Positions 1-10,596 are shown, counted from the first letter of the stretch. The stretch: 64,000 nt of DNA from Alphaproteobacteria bacterium (GCA_043757405.1 JAYVPI010000016.1:15623-79622); one strand, 5' to 3'. Numbers and translations: made by a program. The notes: generated by a model not told the origin, from the letters alone.

Positions 1-659
1 TCGATGCGATATTGAAAGTGGTGACGCCGAAGACGCGGATTGTTTATGTCGCCAATCCGAATAACCCGACCGGGACTTATATTCCTCGGCAGGAAATGGC
101 GCGGTTGCGGACGGGATTGCGGGAGGATATTTTGCTGGTGATTGATTCGGCCTATGCGGAATGCGTGACGGCTGGCGATTATTCGGACGGTTGTGAAATT
201 GTGGAGATGGGGGAGAATACGATCATGACCCACACATTTTCCAAGATGTATGGGCTGGCGAGCTTGCGTTTAGGTTGGGGTTATGCGCACCCGAAGATTA
301 TCGATATCCTGAACCGGATTCGCCCGCCGTTTAATATTACCGGGCCGACTCTGGCGGCGGGGATTGCAGCGGTGAATGACCAGGATTTTGTCAAAAGAAG
401 CATGGAACACAACACGAAATGGCGTGACCGTATATATGCGGCGCTGGAAATTCTGGGCATGGAAACTGTGAAGAGCCAGGCGAATTTTGTTATGGCGAAT
501 GTCGGTGACGGCAAAAAGTTTTTTGAATTCATGGCCGGGCACGGGATGATTATCCGCGAGATTAGTAATTATCACCTGCCGGAATTCGCGCGTATTTCTA
601 TTGGCACGCATGACGAGATGATCAAATTGCTGGAAGTGCTGAAAGAATATAAGAAGTAA
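1..659 (+). CDS. hisC: Histidinol-phosphate aminotransferase, C-terminal part (5' end outside window)
   Basis: Frame is open from the window edge. Class-II aminotransferase signatures VYVANPNNPTG and THTFSKMYGLASLRLGWGY (PLP-lysine SK motif). Confidence 0.85.
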   Translation, partial: DAILKVVTPKTRIVYVANPNNPTGTYIPRQEMARLRTGLREDILLVIDSAYAECVTAGDYSDGCEIVEMGENTIMTHTFSKMYGLASLRLGWGYAHPKIIDILNRIRPPFNITGPTLAAGIAAVNDQDFVKRSMEHNTKWRDRIYAALEILGMETVKSQANFVMANVGDGKKFFEFMAGHGMIIREISNYHLPEFARISIGTHDEMIKLLEVLKEYKK

Positions 660-661
660 TT

Positions 662-730
662 GTCATCCTCGGCAAAGCCGGGGATCCAGAGCGTGTGAGC
701 CTTGATTCCCACCCCTCGGGTGAGAATGAC
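662..730. repeat. Family A nested-palindrome element
   Basis: GTCATCCTCGG...GGGGATCCAG ... CTCGGGTGAGAATGAC. Lies between the hisC stop and the convergent stop at 737. Confidence 0.8.
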
Positions 731-736
731 GAGGGC

Positions 737-1171
737 CTATTTGGCGGGAGCCGGAGAAACTGCTGGAGTTGTGGTGTTCGTACCAGCAGCGGGAGCGGTG
801 TTGTTCAGGCGTTTTTGGCGCATTTCGAGGAATTTGCTGCGGCGTTTTTCAAACTGGGCGAGTTTTTGGTCTTCGCTCATGCTTTTCCACTTGGCTTCGC
901 GTTTGGCGTGGCGGTCTTCGAGCAGTTTGATTTTTTCGGCTTTGCTTAGAGTTTCCCAGTTTTTCATCTGGTCTTTGGATTCATGCATTTTTGCGGCAGG
1001 AGCTGCAGGTTTTTCATCACCGGCTTGCGGTACTAATGAATTTAGTTTTTCTGCGGATGTGGCTGCGGCAGCAGGAGTTGCGCTAGTTGCGGAGGCTGGC
1101 GGGGTTACGTTAACTGCGGATGCGTTAGCGGCGAATGATGTGATGGCGAGCGCTAGAAATAATTTTTTCAT
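737..1171 (-). CDS. Secreted hypothetical protein (Ala/Pro/Thr-rich ends, charged helical core)
   Basis: Signal peptide MKKLFLALAITSFAANASA. No family recognised. Confidence 0.6.
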   Translation of the reverse strand: MKKLFLALAITSFAANASAVNVTPPASATSATPAAAATSAEKLNSLVPQAGDEKPAAPAAKMHESKDQMKNWETLSKAEKIKLLEDRHAKREAKWKSMSEDQKLAQFEKRRSKFLEMRQKRLNNTAPAAGTNTTTPAVSPAPAK

Positions 1172-1212
1172 GATGATGATCCCCTATTTGTGGTTGCAAT
1201 AGTAACATTAAT

Positions 1213-2025
1213 TTATTTAAAGACAACAGTCTTGTTGTTGTTCAAAAGTACACGGCGCTCGATATGATATTGCACAGCCCTGGCGAGTGTCAGGTTCTCG
1301 ATATCACTACCGGCCTGCATCAACTGTTCGGGTGTGTATGTATGGTCAACGCGGATGACTTCCTGGTCGATGATCGGGCCTTCGTCGAGTTTGTCAGTGA
1401 TATAATGGGCAGTCGCACCGATGATTTTTACGCCGCGCTGGTAGGCTTGTTTATATGGATTGGCGCCTTTGAAGCTGGGGAGGAAGGAGTGGTGAATGTT
1501 GATGGCGCGGCCTTGGAACGCTTGGCATAAACTGGGGGAGAGGACTTGCATATAACGGGCGAGGACAACCAAATCGATATTTAATTCTTCGATGGTTTTT
1601 AGCAGAGCTTTGTCATCTTTTGGATCGATGACGCGATAAGGGATTTTATGCCATTCCGCCATTTCTTTTAGGTCCGGATGGTTGGAAAGCACTGCGGGGA
1701 TTTCAATGTTGAGTGTGCCGATGCGGCGGCGGTGGAGAATGTGATTCAAGCAATGGCTGGATTTGGAGACCATGACCAATACGCGGGCTTTTTTATCACT
1801 TGGGGTGATTTCCCAGTCCATGTTGAATTTTTCGGCGATGGAGTTGAATTTGTCGGTGAGATTGCTTCCGGCGAAAACTACGCGCATGAAGAATTTGTCG
1901 GTGGATTCATCATTGTACTGCGCGGATTCCTGGATGTTACATTTGTTGGCGGCAAGAAAGCCGGAAACTTCGGCGACGATGCCGATTTTGTCGGGGCAGG
2001 ACAGGGTTAGAATAAATTTGTTCAT
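1213..2025 (-). CDS. purU: Formyltetrahydrofolate deformylase
   Basis: N-terminal ACT domain (LTLSCPDKIGIVAEVSGFLA) plus formyltransferase core (NIHHSFLPSFKGANPY). Start trimmed to MNKF at 2025; the upstream ORF extension is repeat-encoded. Confidence 0.9.
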   Translation of the reverse strand: MNKFILTLSCPDKIGIVAEVSGFLAANKCNIQESAQYNDESTDKFFMRVVFAGSNLTDKFNSIAEKFNMDWEITPSDKKARVLVMVSKSSHCLNHILHRRRIGTLNIEIPAVLSNHPDLKEMAEWHKIPYRVIDPKDDKALLKTIEELNIDLVVLARYMQVLSPSLCQAFQGRAINIHHSFLPSFKGANPYKQAYQRGVKIIGATAHYITDKLDEGPIIDQEVIRVDHTYTPEQLMQAGSDIENLTLARAVQYHIERRVLLNNNKTVVFK

Positions 2026-2090
2026 CGTTGATCGTTTATCGTTTATCGTTGTTTGAATTAATAGTAGCGATAAACGATGAGCGATCAACG
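2026..2090. repeat. Family B hairpin built from CGTTTAT heptamers
   Basis: Left arm CGTTGATCGTTTATCGTTTATCG, right arm CGATAAACGATGAGCGATCAACG. It abuts the purU ATG and contains the glycosyltransferase ATG. Confidence 0.8.
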
Positions 2091-3138
2091 ATTAACGGTT
2101 TTGCAAGTGCTTCCATCCCTGGAACAGGGCGGGGTTGAGCGTGGGGTGGTGGAAATTGATAATGCGTTGGTGGCTCAAGGGTGGAATTCGATTGTTGTTT
2201 CGCGCGGCGGGAGGATGGTGAAGGAGCTTAAAGGCAAGCATTTGAAGCTGCCGGTGGATAGTAAGAATCCGCTGAAAATTTTGTTGAATGCACATTTTTT
2301 GAAGTTTGTTATTAAGGAAAATAAAGTTGATATCGTCCATGCGCGGAGCCGGGCACCGGCTTGGAGCGCTTGGCTGGCGGTTAAAGGGACGCGGGCGAAG
2401 TTTGTGACGACGTTTCATGGGACATATGGAATTAGTAATGAGCTGAAGCGGAAATATAATTCCGTGATGGTTAAAGGTGAGCGGGTAATTGCGGTTTCGG
2501 AGTTTATCAAAAAGCATATCCTCGATAATTATAATGTAGAGCAGGAGCGGATTATCACCATCCCGCGCGGAGCGGATTTGAATGAATTCCGGCCTGATGT
2601 TGAACCGGCTGGGTTGGCTTTGCCGAAGGGGAAAGTGGTAATGTTGCCGGGAAGGATTACGCGGTGGAAGGGGCAGCATGTTTTTGTTGAGGCGATGCGC
2701 GGGCTCGATGCGGTGGGGGTGATTGTGGGAGATGTGGAGAACCAGAATTATATCCGCGAATTGGAGGCGACTTTGCCGGATAATATTATCATTTTGCCAG
2801 GCACGCCGGATCTGGCGCCGGTGCTCAGTAATGCGGATGTGGTGGTTTCGGCATCGATTAAGCCGGAGGCGTTCGGGCGCGTGGCGGTGGAGGCGCAAGC
2901 CTTGGGCAAACCGGTGGTGGCTACCAATTTCGGTGGGGCGCTGGAGACGGTGATTGATGGGAAAACCGGGTTGCATATTCCGCCGAATGATGCACTGGCG
3001 ATGCGGGCGGCGATTATGAAATTGTTGGATTCGGATGGTTCTATGCGCGGGGCTTGTATTGCGAATGCAGCGAATTTTACCACGGAAAAAATGTGTGCGC
3101 GGACTTTGGATTTGTATAAGTCGATAGTAAAACAATAA
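2077..3138 (+). CDS. Glycosyltransferase, GT-B fold (family 1/GT4-like)
   Basis: C-terminal E-x7-E region EAFGRVAVEAQALGKPVVATNFGGALE. 353 aa. Confidence 0.8.
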   Translation: MSDQRLTVLQVLPSLEQGGVERGVVEIDNALVAQGWNSIVVSRGGRMVKELKGKHLKLPVDSKNPLKILLNAHFLKFVIKENKVDIVHARSRAPAWSAWLAVKGTRAKFVTTFHGTYGISNELKRKYNSVMVKGERVIAVSEFIKKHILDNYNVEQERIITIPRGADLNEFRPDVEPAGLALPKGKVVMLPGRITRWKGQHVFVEAMRGLDAVGVIVGDVENQNYIRELEATLPDNIIILPGTPDLAPVLSNADVVVSASIKPEAFGRVAVEAQALGKPVVATNFGGALETVIDGKTGLHIPPNDALAMRAAIMKLLDSDGSMRGACIANAANFTTEKMCARTLDLYKSIVKQ

Positions 3139-3204
3139 CGTCATTCTGCGGCTTGACCGCAGAATCTTTTCGAAGAGTTCCTGCGGTCAAGCCGCAGGAT
3201 GACG
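3139..3204. repeat. Family A nested-palindrome element
   Basis: CGTCATTCTGCGGCTTGACCGCAGAATC ... CCTGCGGTCAAGCCGCAGGATGACG. Starts 1 nt after a stop codon. Confidence 0.85.
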
Positions 3205-3208
3205 TATT

Positions 3209-4057
3209 TTAGGTGACGCGGTTGATTTCTATTTTGTTGAGGAAAAACTCCACTGCTTGATATAAGGCATGGCGGGTAATATTGGCTTGTGCTTCCTCAG
3301 TAGCGTCGGCGATGTGCGGAGTGATTAGTCCTTGTTGGTTGCTGTCTATGTTTATGAAAGGTTGCACCAGGTCTTCATCGCCGTCGATGGCAAAGGCGGA
3401 GATTTTGCCGGACTTTAGGGCATTTGCGAAGGCTTTTACGTCAACTAATTGCGGGCGGGCGGTGTTGATTAGGATTGTGCCGGGTTTCATTTGGGCGAAT
3501 TCTTTTTCGCTGATTAGGTTTTCGGTTTCTGCGGTTAATGGAATGTGGAGGGAGATTATGTCGCAACTGGCGGATAGTAATTCGCTTAAGGAAATTCCGG
3601 AGCTGCGGGAGTGAATGATTACTTCCATGCCAAAGCTTTCCGCGATTTTGGCGACTCGCTTGCCGATGTTGCCATTGCCGATGATTCCGAGTTTTTTGCC
3701 TTTTAATTCGCGGTTGGGCTTATAGAGTTTTAGCATTGATAATATAGTAAATTCGGCAGTGGCGTCGCTGTTTAGGCCTGGGGTGTTTTCAACAATTATG
3801 CCGCGTTTCTTGCATTCGTCCAGAGCGATGGAGTTGACACCGGCGCCGCCGCGGATGATTAGTTTCAAGTGGATGGCATGGGCGATTGCTGTGGCGCTGA
3901 CGGGTTTGGGGCGGACGATTAACCCATCATATGGTTTGATTTCATGTTCGAGTTGTTGTGGGGTGATTTCTGGTTTGTAGACGAACTTCACGCCTTTATT
4001 GGAAAATTCGGCGAGGACTTTTTCGTCCAAGGATTCAGCGATTAGTACTTGTTTCAT
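3209..4057 (-). CDS. D-isomer-specific 2-hydroxyacid dehydrogenase family protein (short, phosphoglycerate-dehydrogenase-like)
   Basis: NAD-binding GIIGNGNIGKRVA. Catalytic-region motifs INTARPQLVD and ITPHIADAT. Confidence 0.75.
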   Translation of the reverse strand: MKQVLIAESLDEKVLAEFSNKGVKFVYKPEITPQQLEHEIKPYDGLIVRPKPVSATAIAHAIHLKLIIRGGAGVNSIALDECKKRGIIVENTPGLNSDATAEFTILSMLKLYKPNRELKGKKLGIIGNGNIGKRVAKIAESFGMEVIIHSRSSGISLSELLSASCDIISLHIPLTAETENLISEKEFAQMKPGTILINTARPQLVDVKAFANALKSGKISAFAIDGDEDLVQPFINIDSNQQGLITPHIADATEEAQANITRHALYQAVEFFLNKIEINRVT

Positions 4058-4533
4058 TCTCTGGTTTTGCCTTTGTCAGGGCGCTCATCCTTCAAATCCA
4101 GCGCACGGCGGGCGGATTGGGAAAGGACGATTTGATAGCGGATGACGACTTCGCGGATTTCCTTCAAACGTTTTTGGCCGCGCACCATTTTTTGCATAGC
4201 GGGGTTTTTGATGTGCTCAATTTCATGGGCGATGATGGCGGTGGCCTGGCCGATATCAATATAATGCTGGTCGCAGAGGACTTTTACCAAGCGTACAGGG
4301 TCTTCGGTTTTGACATGGATTAAGCCATTGGCGTCGACATTTGCGTAAAAGTCATTTTTCTGGACGATATCGAGAATTTTTTTTGTGGAGGTGGTTTTGC
4401 GCAGGCGGATTTCCTGGCGGGCGGTTTCGTGGCTTTTTAAGGATTCGATATGTTCGGAAAATTCGGCGTCGATAAGGTAGAGGCGGTTTTCCTCATCTTC
4501 TTCAACAAATACGCCGTCAAAAATCTGCTTCAT
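4054..4533 (-). CDS. Hypothetical protein (159 aa)
   Basis: Long ORF with a 4-nt stop/start overlap with the downstream dehydrogenase gene. No family recognised. Confidence 0.55.
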   Translation of the reverse strand: MKQIFDGVFVEEDEENRLYLIDAEFSEHIESLKSHETARQEIRLRKTTSTKKILDIVQKNDFYANVDANGLIHVKTEDPVRLVKVLCDQHYIDIGQATAIIAHEIEHIKNPAMQKMVRGQKRLKEIREVVIRYQIVLSQSARRALDLKDERPDKGKTRE

Positions 4534-4563
4534 AATTCATCATAAATAGTTTTTGGATGAAGT

Positions 4564-5265
4564 TCAAGCGGCAGTGAGCTTGGGTTTGAATAATTTATCC
4601 CAAATGGAAACCGGGATTTTTATTGGCCGCCCGCCAATGCCGAAAATGCGTTTTTCGGCTTCGATAATTATTATACCGCTGAAATGCCGCAGGAAAACGC
4701 TGCCGATAAATTCGCCAATTTGGTTCAGGGTTTTGTAGCGGGTGGGGATGAAGAAAAGGGCGCAGCGGGTGCGTTTGATGAAGAATTTATTGAAATAGAG
4801 ATATTCGTTTAGTTTGTGGCGGGAATAAGCTTTTGTCTTGTGGAAGGGGGAATTGCTGCGTAGCCACACGCCGCTTTCGTTGGGCGCGATGAGGAGGAGT
4901 TTGCCGTCGGGTTTCAGGACGCGCCAGATTTCTTCGATCAGGTTTTCGGGGATTTTTACATGTTCAATGCCGTGGATGATTATGGCGCGGTCAAAGAATT
5001 CGTTGTTCAATGGGAGTTTGGTCGGGTCGGTGATGACGGCAGCGCAGGCATCCTCGATTTTTACGGGCCCCAGGTTTTGCGGCATCAGGGCGATGATGTT
5101 ATTGCCGTAGGAGAATAATGGGAGATATGGCTGCGCGAAGCCAAAGCCGAGGATTTTTTCGCTGGCCATTTCGGGCCAGAAAGAGGTGATTTTGGCGCGG
5201 AGTTTGCGGCAGGTGAATTTGCCTAGAGGGGTTTCGTAGAAGGATTTGAGTTCACTGGCGTTCAT
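4564..5265 (-). CDS. Class I SAM-dependent methyltransferase
   Basis: Methyltransferase type-11-like post-I/III region AIIIHGIEH...VLKPDGKLLLIAPN. Confidence 0.7.
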   Translation of the reverse strand: MNASELKSFYETPLGKFTCRKLRAKITSFWPEMASEKILGFGFAQPYLPLFSYGNNIIALMPQNLGPVKIEDACAAVITDPTKLPLNNEFFDRAIIIHGIEHVKIPENLIEEIWRVLKPDGKLLLIAPNESGVWLRSNSPFHKTKAYSRHKLNEYLYFNKFFIKRTRCALFFIPTRYKTLNQIGEFIGSVFLRHFSGIIIIEAEKRIFGIGGRPIKIPVSIWDKLFKPKLTAA

Positions 5266-5278
5266 CTCACAAACTTAC

Positions 5279-5394
5279 TCCCCCCTTGAGGGGGAGTCAA
5301 AACACAAAGTGTTTTTGTGGGGGGCAAAGAGGCGGGTAGCTCATCCCCCCACCAAATTGCGTTGCAATTTGGCTCCCCCTCAAAAGGGGGGGAG
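5279..5394. repeat. Composite of five consecutive small hairpins
   Basis: CTCCCCCCttgaGGGGGAG, CAAAACACaaaGTGTTTTTG, GTGGGGGG..CCCCCCAC, CCAAATTGCgtGCAATTTGG, CTCCCCCtcaaaaGGGGGGGAG. The outermost two are inverted copies of each other. Confidence 0.75.
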
Positions 5395-6288
5395 CTAAGA
5401 GGTGTATTTCTGAATCAATTTCTTGACGCCATCGCCTAAGTCATCGCGCTCTAATGCAAAGGCGATTGTGGCTTCAATAAAACCTAGTTTGTTGCCGCAG
5501 TCGAAGCGTTTGCCATCGAATTTCATGGCGTAATAATCGGAGTCCTTGGCCATTTTTGCCATTGCGTCGGTGAGCTGGATTTCGCCGCCGGCGCCCTTTT
5601 CGGCGTTTTCGAGATATTTGAAAATGGAGCTGTCGAGGATATAGCGGCCGATCATCGCCATATTTGATGGTGTGTCGGCAGGCTTTGGTTTTTCAACCAT
5701 GCCAGTTAATTTGACGCGGTTGTTTTTCATCTCGCCGTTGGGGATGATCATGCCGTAGCTGCTGGAATCTTTTTTATCTATTTCCGCAACGGCGACAATG
5801 CTGGAACCGGTTTCTTCATAGGCTTCGCGCATTTGTTTGAGGCAGGGTTTTTGGCTCATCATTAATTCGTCGGGCAGTAAAACCGCGAAGGCTTCATCGC
5901 CGATGAAGTTGCGGGCGCACCATACGGCATGTCCGAGGCCCAGTGGTTCTTGCTGGCGGATGAAGGCGATGGAGCCGGGTTTTGGCATCCATTCAATGGT
6001 TTGGTGGAGCTCTTCCTGTTTTGCTTTGTCAGTGAGGATTTTTTGCAATTCGTAATTATGGTCGAAGTGGTTGTTGATGATGTTTTTGTTGCGGCCGGTG
6101 ATGAAGATGAATTCCTCGAAGCCGGAATTGATGGCTTCCTCAAAAACATATTGGATGATGGGTTTATCGACCAAGGTCAGCATTTCCTTGGGCATGGCTT
6201 TGGTGGCGGGCAAGAAACGCGTGCCGAGGCCGCCGACTGGGAAAACTGCTTTAGTGAGTTTTTTGGTTGCGTGGTTGCGTTGTTGCAT
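5395..6288 (-). CDS. galU: UTP--glucose-1-phosphate uridylyltransferase
   Basis: AVFPVGGLGTRFLPATKAMPKEML signature. Start trimmed to MQQRNHATKK at 6288; the first codons lie inside a hairpin repeat. Confidence 0.9.
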   Translation of the reverse strand: MQQRNHATKKLTKAVFPVGGLGTRFLPATKAMPKEMLTLVDKPIIQYVFEEAINSGFEEFIFITGRNKNIINNHFDHNYELQKILTDKAKQEELHQTIEWMPKPGSIAFIRQQEPLGLGHAVWCARNFIGDEAFAVLLPDELMMSQKPCLKQMREAYEETGSSIVAVAEIDKKDSSSYGMIIPNGEMKNNRVKLTGMVEKPKPADTPSNMAMIGRYILDSSIFKYLENAEKGAGGEIQLTDAMAKMAKDSDYYAMKFDGKRFDCGNKLGFIEATIAFALERDDLGDGVKKLIQKYTS

Positions 6289-6343
6289 GGTTACATGGTT
6301 ATAATGAAAACCATGCAACCATGCAACCAGCAACCACGCAACC
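6265..6343. repeat. Family B hairpin built from GGTTGCRT octamers, loop ATAATGAAA
   Basis: The arms 6265-6300 and 6310-6343 are near-complementary. The galU ATG lies in the left arm and the SDR-gene ATG in the loop. Confidence 0.85.
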
Positions 6344-7164
6344 TTTTCTGCTTCGGCCAGGGCTATTGTGCTGATAATTTTGCACAGGTGCTTCAGTGGG
6401 ACAGCGTCTATGGCACGCATCGCGGGGATTTGCCGCTGGGGGATGTGGCGCGGATGAAGTTGCGGGAGGCGACGCATATATTATTGTCGATTCCGCCGGA
6501 TGAGGATGGGGATCTGGTTTTGCGGGCTGGGTATGAAATGAGCCCGCAATGGGTTGGATATTTGAGTACTACCGGGGTTTATGGAAATACGGATGGGGAA
6601 TGGGTGGATGAAAATAGTATGACCAACCCGAATAATGCGCGTTCGGAATGGCGTGTGAAGGCGGAGTGGCAGTGGCGGGAGAGCGGGTTGCCGGTGCATA
6701 TCTTCCGGCTGTCGGGGATTTATGGGTCCCAATCCCCCAACTGGGGTGCAAAAAAAAATCGGAGTGTGATTGATGAATTGCGTGCGGGGACGGCGCGGCG
6801 GATTGGGAAGGAGGGGCAGTTTTTTTCGCGGATTCATGTGGAGGATATTGCGCAGGTTTTGGCAGCTTCAGTTGTGAAGCCGATGCCGGGGGAGATATTT
6901 AATTGCGCGGATGATTATCCGTGCTCGGCGGCGGAAGTTGTAGAATATGCGGCGCGGCTGGTTGGGTTAGAGCTGCCGCCGATTGTACCTTATGAAGAGG
7001 CCGAGTTATCGCCGATGGCACGCAGTTTTTATGCCAGTTCGCGGCGGGTGAGGAATGATAAAATCAAAGAAGTTCTTGAAGTCAGTTTGAAGTATCCAAC
7101 TTATAAAGAAGGGCTGCAGGCAATAGCTATGATGCCTTCTTCTGTTGTTGATCACACACAGTAG
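6304..7164 (+). CDS. SDR / NAD-dependent epimerase-dehydratase family protein
   Basis: Only the C-terminal 286 aa of the 411-aa ORF is non-antisense. It has a Rossmann-like N-terminus LFCFGQGYCA and STTGVYG. The start ATG at 6304 sits in a hairpin loop. Confidence 0.6.
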   Translation: MKTMQPCNQQPRNLFCFGQGYCADNFAQVLQWDSVYGTHRGDLPLGDVARMKLREATHILLSIPPDEDGDLVLRAGYEMSPQWVGYLSTTGVYGNTDGEWVDENSMTNPNNARSEWRVKAEWQWRESGLPVHIFRLSGIYGSQSPNWGAKKNRSVIDELRAGTARRIGKEGQFFSRIHVEDIAQVLAASVVKPMPGEIFNCADDYPCSAAEVVEYAARLVGLELPPIVPYEEAELSPMARSFYASSRRVRNDKIKEVLEVSLKYPTYKEGLQAIAMMPSSVVDHTQ

Positions 7165-7588
7165 CAGCGCGTTTTTTGAGTTCTGCTTCAGGAACTATTT
7201 CAACTTGAGTGCCGAACCACCAGTTTATGCCGAAATTATCTTTTACGGCTGAGGCTCGGTCGCCCCAAAATTGGTTGGATGGTTCCATAGTAGATGTCGC
7301 GCCGGCAGAGACGGCTTTTTTATAGGCGGTATCGCTATCTTCGACATAGATAAATAGTGTGGATTCCACTGACGGCATTTGTTCATTGCTTTCGCCGAGC
7401 ATGATTATCGAGTTGCCGATTTTGATTGCGGCATGCATCAATTTGTTTGGGTTTTTTGGATCATCGAGTTTATGGACGATTGTGGCGCCGAAAGCTTTTT
7501 GGGCGAAATCGAGGAATTTATGGCCATTGGGAACCATTAACATTGGCGTAACTGTATGAAATCCTTCAGGAATTGGCGATACTGGCAT
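7127..7588 (-). CDS. VOC (glyoxalase/bleomycin-resistance, PhnB-like) family protein
   Basis: PhnB/YjdN-like ending FWGDRASAVKDNFGINWWF. The 3' end overlaps the convergent SDR gene by 38 nt. Confidence 0.7.
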   Translation of the reverse strand: MPVSPIPEGFHTVTPMLMVPNGHKFLDFAQKAFGATIVHKLDDPKNPNKLMHAAIKIGNSIIMLGESNEQMPSVESTLFIYVEDSDTAYKKAVSAGATSTMEPSNQFWGDRASAVKDNFGINWWFGTQVEIVPEAELKKRAATVCDQQQKKAS

Positions 7589-7658
7589 AATATTTGCTCC
7601 TTTTTTACGGTTTATAAAGAATATAAGTTTATAAAGAAATAAGCATCAAAAAACTATT

Positions 7659-7952
7659 ATGAAAAACCTACTTACAATTACTTCCGTCCTATTGTTAGCC
7701 GCTTGTGCGGACATGCATAATCCGATGCCGAAAACTTCGGAAAGCTTTGTTAGTGAGACTAAGGATAATACTCGCCCGTGGCGCGCGAAAGTTGCGGATG
7801 TGATTTTCCCGGAAGTGAAGCATGAATATTTGGTTGATACCGCGCCGGTAGTTGTTGTGCACCCATTCTGCTACAAAACATGGGATAAGCCGGTTTGCTA
7901 TGACCGCCCGGAACTGGGGCAGGAAGCGCGGTTGGTTGGTTCGACTAACTAA
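7659..7952 (+). CDS. Small lipoprotein, hypothetical
   Basis: Lipobox LLLAAC after a basic/hydrophobic leader. Confidence 0.6.
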   Translation: MKNLLTITSVLLLAACADMHNPMPKTSESFVSETKDNTRPWRAKVADVIFPEVKHEYLVDTAPVVVVHPFCYKTWDKPVCYDRPELGQEARLVGSTN

Positions 7953-8020
7953 TTATCGTCATCGTTGGCTTGTCCCGGCTTTGTTGCAAGGTTAAAGATT
8001 CCATAACATAAATAAAGACT

Positions 8021-8112
8021 GTCATCCTCGAACCGAAGGTTCGGGGATCCAGGGCTACATCCACCAACTGAATGTTTGACCCTGGATCCCCGCCCAAGCG
8101 GGCGAGGATGAC
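8021..8112. repeat. Family A nested-palindrome element
   Basis: GTCATCCTCGAACCGAAGGTTCGGGGATCCAGGG ... CCCTGGATCCCCGCCCAAGCGGGCGAGGATGAC. Confidence 0.85.
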
Positions 8113-8163
8113 GGCGTTTGTTTTTGGTAATTCAAGTATCAATAACTTGCCGAACCATGCGTT

Positions 8164-8240
8164 GTCATTCTCACCCGGTAGGGTGGGAAGCCAGGATAAC
8201 GCACTCCACAAACCCTGGATCCCCGCTACGCGAGGATGAC
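8164..8240. repeat. Family A nested-palindrome element
   Basis: GTCATTCTCACCCGGTAGGGTGGGAAGCCAGG ... CCCTGGATCCCCGCTACGCGAGGATGAC. Confidence 0.8.
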
Positions 8241-8265
8241 AATTACTATTAAGCCGACATGACGT

Positions 8266-8520
8266 TTAAGAGGCTAACAGCTTATCCAACTCACCTTTAT
8301 CATTTAACGCATACATATCGTCACAGCCGCCGATGGGTTTTCCGTTGATGATGATTTGCGGGACGGTTTGGCGGCCGGTTTTGGCTTTTACTTCTTCCTG
8401 AAGTTTAGGATCATTGGTGATATCGATTTCCTGGTATTTCTGCTTTTTAATATCGAGCAGAGTTTTCGCTTTTTTGCAATATGGACAGTAATCCTTGGTA
8501 TAAATGATGATCTCGGCCAT
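8266..8520 (-). CDS. grxC: Glutaredoxin 3
   Basis: CPYC active site. 84 aa. TVPQIIINGKPIGGCDD. Confidence 0.9.
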   Translation of the reverse strand: MAEIIIYTKDYCPYCKKAKTLLDIKKQKYQEIDITNDPKLQEEVKAKTGRQTVPQIIINGKPIGGCDDMYALNDKGELDKLLAS

Positions 8521-8567
8521 AATATCTCCAGTTGAATAATGGTATATATTATAATATTAGACCTCAC

Positions 8568-10096
<1,529 letters not shown>

Positions 10097-10100
<4 letters not shown>

Positions 10101-10489
10101 AGACTTATCGTTTTTTGCTTCGTAGCAGCTGAAAGTGCCTTCTCAAGATTAGCCGCATCAACCCTTACTGTATTATTTCCTGGATTAAAGCTAATTGCGC
10201 TTCTTGATACGCCGAGTCTAACAAGGCTTGCGCTAATTTCTCCCATTATTCCATCTCCAACTACAGCATTTATAATTAATGAGCCGTTATCTAGAGATAT
10301 TGAATTCTCAGGCTCATTTGTTCTTAATGAGCGTAAGATATTGTCACCTACATTAGGTTGATCACTCTGCTTAGCTCTAAGAGCTTCCAGGAATTTTTTT
10401 GGAAGCTCAGCATGTTTATCGCCATTAGCTGTCATAGTATCGTTACGGCGTTCTGTTTGAGATACGTGAATTACAAAAGATTTTACCAT
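10097..10489 (-). CDS. Hypothetical protein (130 aa), AT-rich orphan
   Basis: Long ORF only. Visibly more AT-rich than its neighbours. No family recognised and the start is uncertain. Confidence 0.4.
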
Positions 10490-10596
10490 TTAAATGCCTA
10501 CATAATAAGTTTTAAATATATTAATTTATATTAGCAAAAAGTCAAGCCTTATCGTATTGCTACGATTATATTTAAGCCATTGACATAATTGCTTTT

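Noticed and set aside
2092-3144. 350-aa ORF on the minus strand spanning the whole glycosyltransferase gene
   Set aside because: It is an exact antisense shadow of a well-supported gene. Its Arg/His/Pro/Gln-dominated composition is typical of non-coding antisense frames, and it has no motif.
5929-6303. N-terminal 125 aa of the 411-aa plus-strand ORF
   Set aside because: This part is antisense to galU and has a Gly/Asp/Phe-rich shadow composition. Recognisable SDR-like sequence begins only at the ATG at 6304.
7127-7164. 38-nt overlap of the convergent 3' ends of the SDR gene and the VOC gene as a regulatory antisense arrangement
   Set aside because: Short convergent overlaps are common in compact genomes. 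The SDR C-terminus could also end earlier if the true frame differs. There is no additional signal.
7945-8211. 88-aa ORF in the lipoprotein-grxC gap
   Set aside because: It lies entirely within two Family A palindromic elements, so its protein is just a translation of the repeat. The same applies to ORFs 10806-10997, 10853-11077, 32733-33038 and 56631-56843.
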